Positions 24,759-37,800 of a stretch of 64,000 bases of DNA are shown one piece after another. Both the position numbers and the translations under genes were made by a program. The notes beneath the pieces were generated by a model that saw only the letters and a list, made by a program, of their open reading frames with translations, was not told the origin of the DNA and searched no databases. The stretch's first letter is position 1, and each line of letters begins with the position of its first letter. Source of the DNA: Octopus bimaculoides (taxonomy: Eukaryota); NCBI RefSeq assembly GCF_001194135.2, contig NC_068992.1, positions 49,636,763 through 49,700,762 on the forward strand, read 5' to 3'.

Positions 24759-27700
24759 CAATTAGAAAATGGAGGAGAATATGCTGTACTCAACGGCTTG
24801 CAGACAGTGTATTACGTTGAATTAACTTATGACAAAAACCACAAAATACAAATTTTTTAATGACAAACCATGTTATATTAACAATCGGGGTTACAAATAT
24901 AAAGAACATTAGGAATTTGAGAATAATCAGAAACTTACAGCTGTTTCAGCCTAGCGTTGGCATGCCCCATTCTATCTGAATAGCTCCTGCCGGAGTAATT
25001 AGCAGATGAAATGCTGAAATGGGGGTACATGCATGATTCGCTAGGCCTCTTCAGAGATCTCTGAAGAGGCCTATTTGTATTCAGTATTATGACCATACCT
25101 ACCTGTACTGTATAATGTAACCATATTTTGTCTTGTGATTATATCTACCTGTGTTATGACTAGATCTACTTATACTGTGGCTATATCTACTTGTATTCTA
25201 TTTTATAGTTGTATTTACACTTCTGTTTTGTATTGTGACCATATCTGTCTATAGTTTAGAAAGCACTCTGCTCTGCCTTCATTTTTAATGATGTTCCTTT
25301 CTGCTTGAAATGAGTTTTCTCTGAATGATTTGCAGGCGAGGCTGAAACGCTTACGGAAAAAAAAATATGAAGAACGAGAAAAGGCTATGTCTTACAGGAA
25401 GGAACTGCATCGGACATTGGATGATTGGAGGGATTCCATATCTCAGAAAGAACAGCAAATTAAACAGGTAAGGGATAATGATGATGACGATGAGGATGAT
25501 GATTGTGGTGGTGGTGGTGGTGGTCGTCGTTTTTTTAAAAAAATTTTGTTTAGTTTGTTAGGTAAATTTTCTATTTCAATTTGACATGTTTAATAAGCTT
25601 TACACAGTAATATGCATATTCAGAAATCTATCCTCTGTCCCCCCTCCCCTTTCTCTATTTTTCTCCCTTTAACTGCCTGATTACAAAACTAATATGTATA
25701 TATATATATATATATATCTATATATATATATATANNNNNNNNNNNNNNNNNNNNNNNNNNNNNNNNNNNNNNNNNNNNNNNNNNNNNNNNNNNNNNNNNN
25801 NNNNNNNNNNNNNNNNNNNNNNNNNNNNNNNNNNNNNNNNNNNNNNNNNNNNNNNNNNNNNNNNNNNNNNNNNNNNNNNNNNNNNNNNNNNNNNNNNNNN
25901 NNNNNNNNNNNNNNNNNNNNNNNNNNNNNNNNNNNNNNNNNNNNNNNNNNNNNNNNNNNNNNNNNNNNNNNNNNNNNNNNNNNNNNNNNNNNNNNNNNNN
26001 NNNNNNNNNNNNNNTATATATATATATATGTGTGTATATATATGTATATATATACTCTTAGAAAATAGGTACGTGTTGGGAAGGGCATTCAGCTGTAAAA
26101 CAGTGCCTCAATGATATATTCATGTTACCTATAGGAACATGGGAAAGCTGGCATAAAAAAAATAACGAGTGATTATATATATATCATTGGTAAATCATAA
26201 ATCAAAAAAAAAAAGTACACTCCAAGTTATAGAGCAGTGTAGTATAAAGATAGATAAGGCCGGTGTCTATGAGATAATCCCATAAACTGACCTTATCTAT
26301 CTTTATATATATATATATATATATATATCCAGGAGTTCATGGATATGACCACTCGGAAGGCCTCCGCGATGGTGGAGTTAGGATTTTAGGAGGGCGATTG
26401 GGACCACGTGGATGAGGAAGGCGTGATCCAGAGAGGAGTGGACAGCGTGCTTACCCAACCATCTCATTCTTAGTCAACTGCCTTGTGTCCTACCTGTTGG
26501 CTTGGTTTGAAGAATCCATCTTGCTTGCCTTTCGTGTGACATTCTAATCACATGTCTGTAATACCAGAGTTGTGGCTAAATTCATGACAACACTTCTACA
26601 TCTATGTTGTTATGTCTGTGTACTTTTTTGTACAATCTTTGTATTGATTTAACTAGCAGGCATTGAAAAGGATATGACCATTGCTTCTATTGTCTCTTTT
26701 TCCTTTCTTTAACTAATTAAGGTGATGTTAATTAAAAGTTTAACAAAAATGATTCTTTCACACTGGGAATGTGGAACTGCAGTATTTCTTGGAATATTCT
26801 CTGATATCTAACTGGTTTACTTGTATTTTTAGGAGAAAGAAATGAAAGTGGCAGTTGACTCAGTCCTGGGTGAAGTTCGTAAGAAGAAGTCTGATGTTGC
26901 CAAAATGCTGGAACTGATTGGAAACCTGAGTAAACTGAGGAAAATCCGCAAAGAGAATGTTGCTAAGAAAGGTGTGTTTGCATGTTTCTTTTTTTTTTTT
27001 GTCCATTTTGAGATGGGGAGAAGAAACCTTGTAATTTCTTATATCCTAGATTCCTGCATAAATCAGATGTTTCCACTCAAAAAATCTCATCACCTTTACC
27101 ATTTCTTGAAGAATGTCATGTTTGAAACTACTTTCCATTGAGATATGTCAAGTTTATTGAAGCTTGAAGAAAATACCAATTCTATTTTTCTGATAAAAAT
27201 TTAACATTATTATTGGAATAACTTCAAACTTTAATTGCACAGTTAAATTATTAAGGTTCACCATCTAATCTACCTGCTTGTATATCTTCAGAGGTGGGCT
27301 AGAGTTTTTATTTATTTTTTATTTTCATAAAACTTTGGCAGTTGTTATTAACAACTACACCAACATCTTATAAAAGTGTAATTAATCCCCCTAAATCATG
27401 AGAAGATATGATTTATTTCTTTATTCTTAATGTTTTTGTTTTTCTCCTTCAGGCTTATATACATTATTCCATTCTGATAAGAAATTTGAGGAAGACATCT
27501 CTGGCTTACAAAGGATGCTGAATAACCAGATGGATGTCTATGAAGCAGAGCAGCGTACCCTTATGGTAAACCTATCATTATTCACCAGTTCACCTGCACA
27601 CCATTGTATTATATTTTCCTTCATTTGCTTTTTTTTTTTTGTCCCTTATACAGATCCTGTGTTAAATACTGAACATCACTGGTCAGTCAAAAATATTTCA

Positions 27701-30677
27701 TGTTAAATTTTGGATTAGGTAGTCAGAAAGTGGAAAATAAAAATAATCCCCCTCTAGAAAAACAATTATGTGTTAGCAATCAGAAGGGCATCCAGTTATA
27801 TTATGCTTCAATGATAATACGTATTTATCTAACCCAGGGGTAGGAAACCTCCGCGAGCACATTCTATTGCACCTACAGGCCTATATATTTGCATATACAA
27901 AATATGGAAATTTTCAATTGTATAATTTATACAATATTCATATGCCTATTTGCAGCAGAGGTTGCATTTCCACTACAATTTAAAATGGTTAGACTCGAAC
28001 AGAAATTGTTCCATTTGCATGGAAATTTTGTTTTCACTATAAAACAAATATTGCTAGGTTTGTACCACCTCCTTGAGACCCAACTACACTCTAGCTAAAA
28101 CATACAGAATACTGCATAAGTAATATAAATGTCCTAAATTCAGTGGCAGCTTTAATGAACTTAATTTAATGTGTTAAACTTATCTTTATTAATGTATATC
28201 AAATTATACATAGATATATACAAGATTTACACAGATATGAGTTAGAACTCGTGGTCCACCCATGGACTTTTCCCATTGGAAATTTTTGCCCACTGCACTA
28301 AAAAGTTTCCCCACCCCTGGTCTAACCTATGCTAGCATGGAAAAACAAACAGTTGGAAAACAAGGATTGGTAACAGAGTGGGCATCTTGCCAAAGAATAC
28401 TGCTTTAATAAGGCTTCTACAGATGATGGTAGGGGGAAAAAGTGAATGTAAAAATGGTGATGTCGATGATATATATAAAATTATAATCATCATCATTTTA
28501 AAGTTTGCTTTCCAAGTAGATGTGTGTGTGTGTGTGCTTGTTTGTTTGAAAAAGTGAATAAAAATATGATTTTTCTGATGATTATTTTCCACTTTAATGA
28601 TTTGTAAGAATTTAATAACTAAAGTAGAAAATAATTATCAGAAAAGTTCTATTTTTATTCACTTTTTCAAATATACACTAACGCTCATGCTTTTAATGTG
28701 ATGCTTTTTCTAAATAAATGTGTTTGTTCCTTGTTGCAGGTTATGCTGGAATGTGAACAGGAAGAGACCAAAGAACGTGAACGAGCAAAGTCACACAAAG
28801 TTAAGAAAGAAATTGAGAAGCGAGAGAAGAAACGCGAACTACAACTTCTGTTTGGCAAAGGTTTGTGGAAACATATTTTTGCGTTTAGCTAATATCCCTT
28901 TCTGGAACAACGCTCCTACACATAAACTTTGATTTCTTATATTTTAGTGATATGGACCAGGCCAGTGCTCAGCAACCCTTTTTCACTTATGGTACACTTA
29001 TATTCTTTTCAAAATTCGATGGTACACCTAAACTAAAAATGTAACTAAAATGTTAGAGCTTGCTTGAAGCATTGTATATGATATGTGACATAGAAAGAGA
29101 TAGAAGGCTAAACAATGTAAAATGGATTGGAAGATGAGGTAACGAAAATTAGAATTAAGTTACCCAGTAATCTTTGTTTTGTTTTTATTGTTGTTGCTGC
29201 TGTTCTTTCAACTGTCCAATATTTCAGGACGTAAAAATCCCTTCCTATTTTAAAAAGGTAGGTTGTAATTTGAGGAGTGGTATGGCTGCTGCTTTGAGCA
29301 GATTTAGCAACCACATAGAAAAACCCTTAATGGGTTGCCTGTTGTTACATTTGTGAAATAATTCTTACAGTGCCAGTAATTCTCAGGGTCTTTTCTTCCC
29401 CACAGATGTCATCGATTCAATGGATCCTTGTTACCCTTTCCTGAAATACTACACACAGGCCATTGACAATTGGGAGTCTTTTCTGCAGATTCGGTGAGTT
29501 TTTACAACTGGAGCAATTGTGTGTGTGTGTGTAAACAGTAATGCTGGTGTGTGTATGTGTGGACAGTATGGTAGGTGTGTGTATGTGTGGACAGTATGGT
29601 AGGTGTGCGTGTGCAAAATGAAATATAAGAATGAAAGCTGAATGAAGAGAGAACAACTGTCTTTATTACTTTAATTTGCATTGTATTGGCTTTTGAATGA
29701 ATACACACACACACATACAAGGGAGATCTGCAAAATTCCTGGCTTTAAGGATATCGCAAAAGGCATGGTTGGAGGCCCAACCTTCCAAGTCCTTTTACAG
29801 GGCTTGGAAAGACTGAAGGACTGCTAAGTGTGTGGATCTGAGAGGGGAATATCATCATCATCATCATCATCATCGTTTAACGTCCGCTTTCCATGCTAGC
29901 ATGGGTTGGACGATTTGACTGAGGACTGGTGAAACCGGATGGCAACACCAGGCTCCAATCTAATTTGGCAGAGTTTCTACAGCTGGATGCCCTTCCTAAT
30001 GCCAACCACTCAGAGAGTGTAGAATATGTTGAATAAAATCATAACTGACGGATCCTCCTGTATTTTTTTTTACCCAAAGCCAGGAAATTTTCAGCATCTC
30101 CTTATAACGTGTGTGTATTTGTTTTCTTGCATCTTCACATTAGTGATATGAGCATCTGTGACATTTGTCTCCCATAAGCATTATGTCCCATAGCTTGATG
30201 GTTTCATTTATTCTAACATAAAGACCAGTGGAATAAAAAAGAATCTTACTTGAAAAACAAGGGTTGGTGAGAGGAAGAGCATCCTGCACTTAAACACTGC
30301 TTCAGTGAGTCTTCTCCAACCCATACCTGATCATTCATAGATTATATATTCATTTTGAATGACTAGTTTTGATGACCACAATGCACTTTATTTTTTATAT
30401 TTCAAAATAAGGTCTCAAATGAACACTGAAATCAAATTTTCATCTTTTTGTTTAATTAAAAAGTAATAACTTAAAATTAAATGTTACTGCTTTGTGAGAT
30501 ATATAAATTTAAATACATATTTTTTACTCTCTTATTTTTCTTTTATGTCTTTATAGGAGAGACTGGGATTGTTATTTGGCACCAGAAACTGCACCCGGTG
30601 CCAGTCGGATCCCTGATACTTGGGTTTTACCTCCAGAACCTTCAAATCCAGCTTGGGCATGTTTTTTGGAAAGCTGA
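17098..30677 (+). CDS. PDCD7: Programmed cell death protein 7 / U11-U12 snRNP 59K protein, 742 aa
   Basis: Exons 17098-18378, 19096-19239, 19803-19892, 25336-25467, 26833-26971, 27453-27565, 28740-28860, 29406-29493, 30557-30677 (TGA); 2229 nt, GT-AG, phases consistent. Pro-rich N-terminus, then AVDSVLGEVRKKKSDVAKMLELIGNLSKLRKIRKE, YEAEQRTLMVMLECEQEEE, QIRRDWDCYL and WVLPPEPSNPAWA, matching PDCD7 C-terminal motifs. Confidence 0.93.
21030..21530 (+). mobile_element. Three head-to-tail family C SINE copies or fragments with (ATT)n spacers
   Basis: Central-domain pieces at ~21035, ~21220 and ~21450, separated by ATT tracts. Confidence 0.7.
22020..23110. repeat. Degenerate ~24-27 bp minisatellite (approx. 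GCATATGTTGATATCACACTGTTATA)
   Basis: Recurrent variants of GTTGATATCAC and CACTGTTATAGCAT across ~1.1 kb; interrupted by a SINE. Confidence 0.65.
22261..22479 (+). mobile_element. Family C SINE with perfect 18-bp TSD
   Basis: AATATTGTTTACAGAACT at 22243-22260 and 22480-22497. Confidence 0.9.
23849..24012 (+). mobile_element. Family D RTE-related short repeat
   Basis: GGTTGGCATTAGGAAGGGCATCCAGCTGTAGAAA...GGACGTTAAACGACGACGATGATG. Confidence 0.85.
24927..25064 (-). ncRNA. Candidate type I hammerhead ribozyme (Penelope-like minimal type), antisense within PDCD7 intron 3
   Basis: On minus: CUGAAGA (25054-25048), 9-bp stem II (25047-25039 with 24956-24948), GAAA (24947-24944), palindromic stem III ACAGCUGU, GUA site (24938-24936), and a 9-pair stem I with one bulge. 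Confidence 0.6.
27835..28319. mobile_element. hAT-type MITE inserted in a family D remnant
   Basis: TIR CAGGGGTAGGAAACCT / AAGTTTCCCCACCCCTG; 8-bp TSD atctaacc / gtctaacc. Confidence 0.8.
29850..30015 (-). mobile_element. Family D RTE-related short repeat
   Basis: 140 of 142 nt identical to the reverse complement of 23849-23990. Confidence 0.85.
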
Positions 30678-31850
30678 TATTTTCCTGTTGTAAATATAAT
30701 CTGCAATTGACTGTGAATAAACTTATTTCTTTAAGATGTGTTGCTTTGCTTCCGTTTAAAGGTTTGGTTGGTGGAATGGATAAATGTGTGGAGCTAATGA
30801 GAATTTCCAATGTTGTTCAGCACCATCTCAGCCTCGTTAGTGTAGATTTATAATGAAAAACAAGATACAAGCATGGCTGGGTAGTTATAAAGGCAACAGG
30901 CATCGCTTCTTAACCATGTGGTTTCATGTTCGGTCCCACTGCACAAGGCCTGAAATTTTGCGGGAGGAGACAAGTCAATTATATTGACACCAGTGTTTCA
31001 CTGGTACTTAAGGCTGATAGGCAAAGCTGATCTTGGCGGAATTTGAATCCAGAACATGAAGACAGATGAAATACCACTAAGCATTTTGCCCGACTTGCTA
31101 ACAATTCTGCCAGTTCACTGATAATAATAATAACAGAGATAATATTCATAATATTGATGATGATAGATGAATGAAGTTATAAGTTATTCAAATACCACAA
31201 AACCTCATGCTAGCACAGAGCAAAACAAAATTCTTTGTAGACAGGTTGATGATGATGAGCAGATGATAAATCTGAACGGGGTTAGTCAATACCACCAGCC
31301 CCAATACTTGACCGGTACTTTAATTCAGCAAGCCTGGAGGGATGCTTGGCAAAGTTGACCATGGCATGATTTGAACCCAGAAATACCTCGTAATATTTTG
31401 TTGAACACTCTCACGATTTTGCCAATCAAGTACCTTTGTAATTAAAAGTAATGCAATTTAATTTCAAAGAACTGTGCACACAGACAGATATATTTTGATG
31501 ACAGGATACATTTAATATAAATATAAAACATTGACAGGTATCAGTCCATTTAATACCATGCATTCGAGCACATAAATACTTTAGTCTTTTGTTCCATCCT
31601 AATGTTATGATGAAAAAATCCCACACAAGTCCTATAAATAATGCGAAATGTGGTACATCCTTCATAGGGTCTGATGTAAATCAACAGAAGAGAAGGCAAT
31701 ACCAACAACATTTATGAAACATTTCAGATGGTAATATAAAAAAAAAAAATCATCACTGTTTATCTTGTTTCAGTCATTAGATTGTGGCCATGCTGGGGCA
31801 CTGCACTGAACTGTTGTCCAATGTGATAGTTTTTATAGCAGCATTAATAT

Positions 31851-34800
31851 TCATTTTAATGTGTTTGGTGATGAAACACCTTCAAATATGGACAGAAGAT
31901 GGTTTTCAATGACATTTTGAACTGAAAATAGAAGATTAAATTATTTGTTATCATTTGTTTCTCATTCAACATAATTAGAAGATAAGCAGTATACATTATT
32001 TCAGTATGTCCTATAAGGATGGAAAACTTGAGTTTATTCCAATAGGATTTGATTGGAGCTCACAAAACAATGGAATATAACCAAACACAATAGGGTATTT
32101 TATTAATTTTACCATTTAGGAAGCAAAGGCCATACATTTTGGGGTCAGAGGGAATTAATTTAGTTGACTCTGGAGCGTGTTTTACTGACCACTCTTACAG
32201 AAGGGTGAAAGACAAAGATGACTGTGACAAAAGTTGAATATTGCAGTGCATTGCTCTCTCACTCAATAATAATAATAATAATTACCTACCTGATTTGTGA
32301 TTATGACTGACAGCTAAATCCATAGCAGTCAGTTGATCTTCATTTGCCATGGTAAGATCAGCTCCTGCTTCTAGCAGTAACTTCACACAACTGGCATGGT
32401 TATTGTTGACAGCATACATCAATGCTGTGTTACCACTCTGAAATAATAATAACAATAATAATAATAATAATAATAAAAATAATAATAAACAGTTCTCTTA
32501 CATAAAAGAAAAAAACAAAATGACTTTAATGCAGCAGTGTGCATCCCAGTTCAAGGTGGCGCATGCAGTGAAGAGATAGTTGCAGCTGTCTTTGCCTGAT
32601 GTTTTCGCTAACTTTTGGCAGGTCTCTGTAATGGCTTTCATTTGTCATATGTTGCTGCCATTTCACACTTAAGCATCTTTGTGTAGCAGCCATTTAGCCT
32701 GTTTGATAATTTCTTTGTCAGTGTCCATGTTTCACCGCTATATAATAGCAGTATTATGCAAAGGACATGCATGGAACTGCAAAAGAAACGCGAGATGTGT
32801 GTGTCTGTGAAATATGTTTTAATTTCATTATGTCAGAGATAAATTTTGATAAATCTGATAAAGTCAATTTCTTGGGATGCACTTTGACCACAGTCCATGG
32901 GTCACTGACATGTGTTCTGGTAGTAGGTGGATCCAGCACATTAAGATTGTAGGGCATGACATGTTCAATACTGCGTATGCTCTCCCTGGGTGTTCAAAAT
33001 GGCCATACACTGTCGGTACACAGAGTGCATGAGGTGGTTCACAAAAGCCATTGGCACCTGTGTCCACACCTTGAGGAAAGATGCTTCCAGTTCCACACGA
33101 GTTGTCAGCCTTGGGACCACTTGGTTCAGCTGTCTCTGGATTTCATCCCACAAGTGTTCAACTGGGTTCAAATCCGGGCTGAGAGCCGTCCACAGCATGG
33201 TTCTCATGTTGTGCTGATGCAGGAAGTCCATATCTTGGAATATTTACACTTACATCCCCGAAATAAATTTTCAAAATTTACCATATAAAAATGACATTTG
33301 GAAAAATCGCATTTCTTTTAAGGTTCAGTGTATATAGTGTTAAATACCTTTAAACGAGTGAATGGTCATAGTCATAAAGGAATCTAACACTATATGTGTC
33401 CTTCCCATTATACATCAATAGTTTATCATGTTAGACTCTATGTTACATCATTTAACTTACCTCATCTTTGGTACCACTTTCTACCATATAATTCATCTTG
33501 TCTATGGTACCTTGTCTCTGTAACATATAACTAACCTTTGTATGGCATCTCATCTTCATAACATTATATCACTTAATCTGTGGTACCTCTTCATGTGACA
33601 TCATACAACTTACTTCACCTATAATAAACTAGTCTTTGTAACATCACATAACTTACCTCGTCTACATAGTTCACTTCCATACCAAGTTTCAGAAGTAGTT
33701 TTACTATATCAATGTAACCATAGCAACAGGCAAACAGTAAGGCATTTTCACCCTTGTTTCCCTGCGCATATGGATTGGCACCGTTTTGCAGCAGATATTC
33801 CACTGTCGCTAACTGGCCATTAGCTGCAGCCCACAGTAGAGCAGTCAAACCTTGTTCATCAGGTTTATTTATGTTGAGATCTGGAAATACAACAAAGAAG
33901 ATACAAAAGATGTAATTCAATTTTCTTTTAATATGACTTTTTGGGTTTGTGTCAAGACAGGGTACTAATGATGTCCTCTATCAGATAAGACAACTGTAGG
34001 AGAAGTTCTTAACTAAAAGTAAGTCACTATATCTATCATTTGTTGATCCACTATATCTATCGTTTGTTGATCCATTGTCAGAGTACCACACTGTGGTCTT
34101 CAAGAATATTATGTGGAGTGGAATGGTTTGTGGGAGCTGTGAAAACCACGTGCAAAGACGTTGCCAAGAAGGTGTGAGTTGGTAATGAAGAGTAGTGGCT
34201 GTAAGTTCAAGTTACAATCTTTAAGGTGGACGTAGCCAACTAATTATTTTGTTGTTTCTCACAGGCTCAACAGTACATTTAATCTGCTTCGCCAAGAAAA
34301 GCAGTGTGGTAGTTATGGTATGTCATATGGGGTACATTGTGATGATGAGTGTATGTTGTAAGAAGTATATTATGTGGGACACAGTGTAACATTTAGTGAG
34401 TCATGTGTGTTTGAGGACAGCTTAGTGAGGTAGAATACATGAAAGTTTGTGTGGTGTGTAATGAGGTAGCCAGAACAGGTGTGAGGTAAAGTATAGCTAT
34501 GATGATGATGATAATGGTGTTGATGACGATGATGACAGTGATGATGATGATAGACAATAATAAACAAACCATTAGTGATAATAACAGTGCTGTTAACAAT
34601 GTGGATTAATATAAAAAAAAAACATTTCCAAATGTGACAATGATGATGATGATGGGACAAGTAACATCCTACTTCAACCATCATCATGATGATGATGACA
34701 TTTCTACTTAAACCAGTGACTAACAACTTACAACTCTTCCAAAGTGAGTATAAAAACAATTACTCACTGTCGGTGGACTCCTGCCAGAGAAGAACCAGTT

Positions 34801-37800
34801 CTCCTTGTGCAGCTTTCTGGTGAATACTGATATCTGTAAAAAAATGTAAAAAAAATGTCATCAAAAAAAGTTTTCCTGGGGCTGATCTGTGCCTTTTGAT
34901 GTGTTATTTTACCATCTGGTTCATTTCTTTGACATTGATATGTTGCCACTTTAGGTGTTCCTTGGCAATTGTCTCCAAGATATTTGCATCAATAGACCAG
35001 CAGAGGAGAGCAGCCTTGAGTGCATATGTGTCAGAGTTGATTTGACTTTCCTCAATAGTGATGATTTTTTTTTACACATGACATCTGAGTAAAGTAGTGA
35101 TGTTATGTGTCTGCAAAAAAAGTCACCGAAATAGTTCTAACATTGGAATAACTTTTATGCTGTGAAGAAAGCAAGTTCAATGTTTTGGAATAACTCCTTT
35201 GTTAGAGAGATATGAAATGTCAATGCTAACTTTTCATTTCTTTCTACCAAGAGAAATTTTAAGTGAAATGTTACACTTTCCTCTTGTGTGATAAAAAAAA
35301 TTCATCTCATTATCGTTTCTGTTTTTTTTTTTGGGGGGGGGGCAATAAAAAGATGACATTATCATTGACTCATTGATAAACAGTAACCCACCTCAATAAT
35401 TTTTAACATATGCATTGTTTATTCAAGCATGGCTGTGTGTAAGAAGTTTGCTTCCTAACTATATGGTTCCAGGTTCAGTCCCACTGTATGGCACAGTTGG
35501 GCAAGTGTATTCTACTATAGCCCTGGGTTGACCAAAGTCTTGTGAGTAAATTTGGTAGATGGAAACTGAAAGAAGCTTCTCACACACACACATATACACA
35601 CGTTTGTGTGTGTGTGTAGATGTTACTGTCTCTGTTTTGTGACATCATGTGATAATTGTAAATGAGTGTGACTGTCATGCAAATGGTATCCTTCATTTCC
35701 AATCTTCCATCAAAGCATGTCTGGTCATGGGGAACTATTACCTTGCTTGGAAAGAGGTGAAGACTGCACCAGGCTCCAATCTGATCTGGCAGAGTTTCTA
35801 CAGCTGGATGCCTTCCTAACGCCAATAGTTATTTTGTTTTGTGGTTTTGTGTGTGTGGTGGGGGTGTTTCAGTATGTCTTTCAACATACAGACAATGCAA
35901 CACAGACTTTAAAAAAAGACTTTCACTTGGAGCAATTTGTGAAGATACATTTACATACATGATTAACAAATATTTTTACCAGCAGCAAAGTGATGGGTAA
36001 CACAGGAGTTATGAAAAATAATATACGAGGATTGATAAACTCTTACTCTGAAATATTGATGGTGTTGTCGTTTGTACGTTACCACGCTGTAGGTTGGTGA
36101 TCACAGTAGATGGCTGAAAGCAGCAAGAACAGAAATATTAAGACAGACAGGCAAAGAGAAATTCATATGTTCATTAAGGGTTAGCATATTTAATTAAAGA
36201 GTTAACAGGAAATAAAAATGTGGTGAAGAAAAAACTATAATAGTCAAAAAGTGACAAGTACACTTCTTTTACTCACAGGGTAAAAAAAAAAATATCTCAA
36301 AACATACATAAACCAATTCAGAAAAAAAAAACACACCTAGGTACTTAACTGGAATTTGTGAAGAAATTAAATCTCTGATGAATAAAAATTTCCAACAAAG
36401 GATATCAACTTAGAATGGTGACTGAGCTGATATACCCTTCAGAACCACATCAAAAATCAAGTTTTGCTGAAAACCAAAGTACATTACCCCCAAACAAAGC
36501 ATTATCCCAAGTACCTACCCTAAATGGTGATGGGGTCACTTTGATGGCCAGGTCAGACTTTCGGTTTTTGTTGATTGCTGAGTATTTCTGCACATGAGAT
36601 TCTCCTGGAAATAAAAAAAGAAAAATCATTAAAATTAAGTTTAGTTGACATTGATCAGATATTAGACAAGACAAAGAGTTTATACTATACTATAATGTGC
36701 TGAACAACATATCTATAGGCTTTGGAGCTAACATCGGTGCAGACATGGCTGTCTGGTTAAGCAGTTTGCTTCCCAGCTGCCTGGTTCCGGTTCAATCTCA
36801 CTGTGTGGCACTCTGGACAAATGTCTATTATAACCCCAGGCCGACCAAAGCCTTGTAAGTGGATTTGGTAGACAGAAACTAAAAGAGGACTGTCTGAGTG
36901 TATTTCAACCTCCTTGTTTTGGCAACACGAGACAGAGTTGTAAACAAGTGCCACTGCTATTTAAATGGTTTCCCTTGTGTTCAGTCTTCTGTATAAACAT
37001 GTTCAGCTTTGGGAAAATATTGCCATCACTGGAAACAGGTGAAGGCTGTCAACAGGAAAGACATCTGTCTCAATGAATTTCATCTGACCCATGCACGCAT
37101 GGAAAAGTAAATGTAGGAATAATGATGGTGGTGATAATGATGATGAAGAAGAGAACGAGGAGGATGATTACAACTGTACATATTCGTTTGTACAATAGAT
37201 GTGCAGAAGAGAAAAAGAGACAACAACTGTATGCACGTTTTGATTCCTTTTGGAGTGTTCATAAGCAGCTGTGTATAATCATCTTAACATACTGTGTTGA
37301 GTAAAAGACCCATGGCTGTTAGTTGACAAAAAGAATTTTAACCTTCAGCCAAGACTGTAGCCACTTCTAGATCATTGAGTTCCTGGTCACTGTCGATAGG
37401 AGACATGAGGTGGTAGGAACGTCCATTGGTCAGTTTCTTCACTGGGCTAATCGGAACTCTGCTTCTGCTGGTTACATGCTGGAAGAAATGGAAAATAATA
37501 AAAATAAATTAATAACTGTGGCACAAGTATTGCTGCATGGTTAAGAATTTTGCTTCATAACAATGGTAACCATGTGGTTCTGAGTTCAATCTCATTGCTT
37601 AGCGACAACACTATATAGCCTCCAGTTGATCTTGTCAAGAGAATTTTGTAGATGGAAAATATGTGAAACCCTGTTATATGTGTGTGTGTGTTTGTGTGTG
37701 TATGTGTGTGCATGTGTATATATATATAAATATGTGTGTGTGTGTGTATGTGTATAAAGAGGGTGTTTGTGTGTGTACCTTTGTTTTGACATCATGTGAT

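Noticed and set aside
18379-30556. Possible U12-type introns in the minor-spliceosome gene PDCD7
   Set aside because: All eight donors are U2-type (gtatgt, gtaaca, gtgagt, gtaagg, gtgtgt, gtaaac, gtttgt, gtgagt); none reads GTATCCTT or ATATCCTT.
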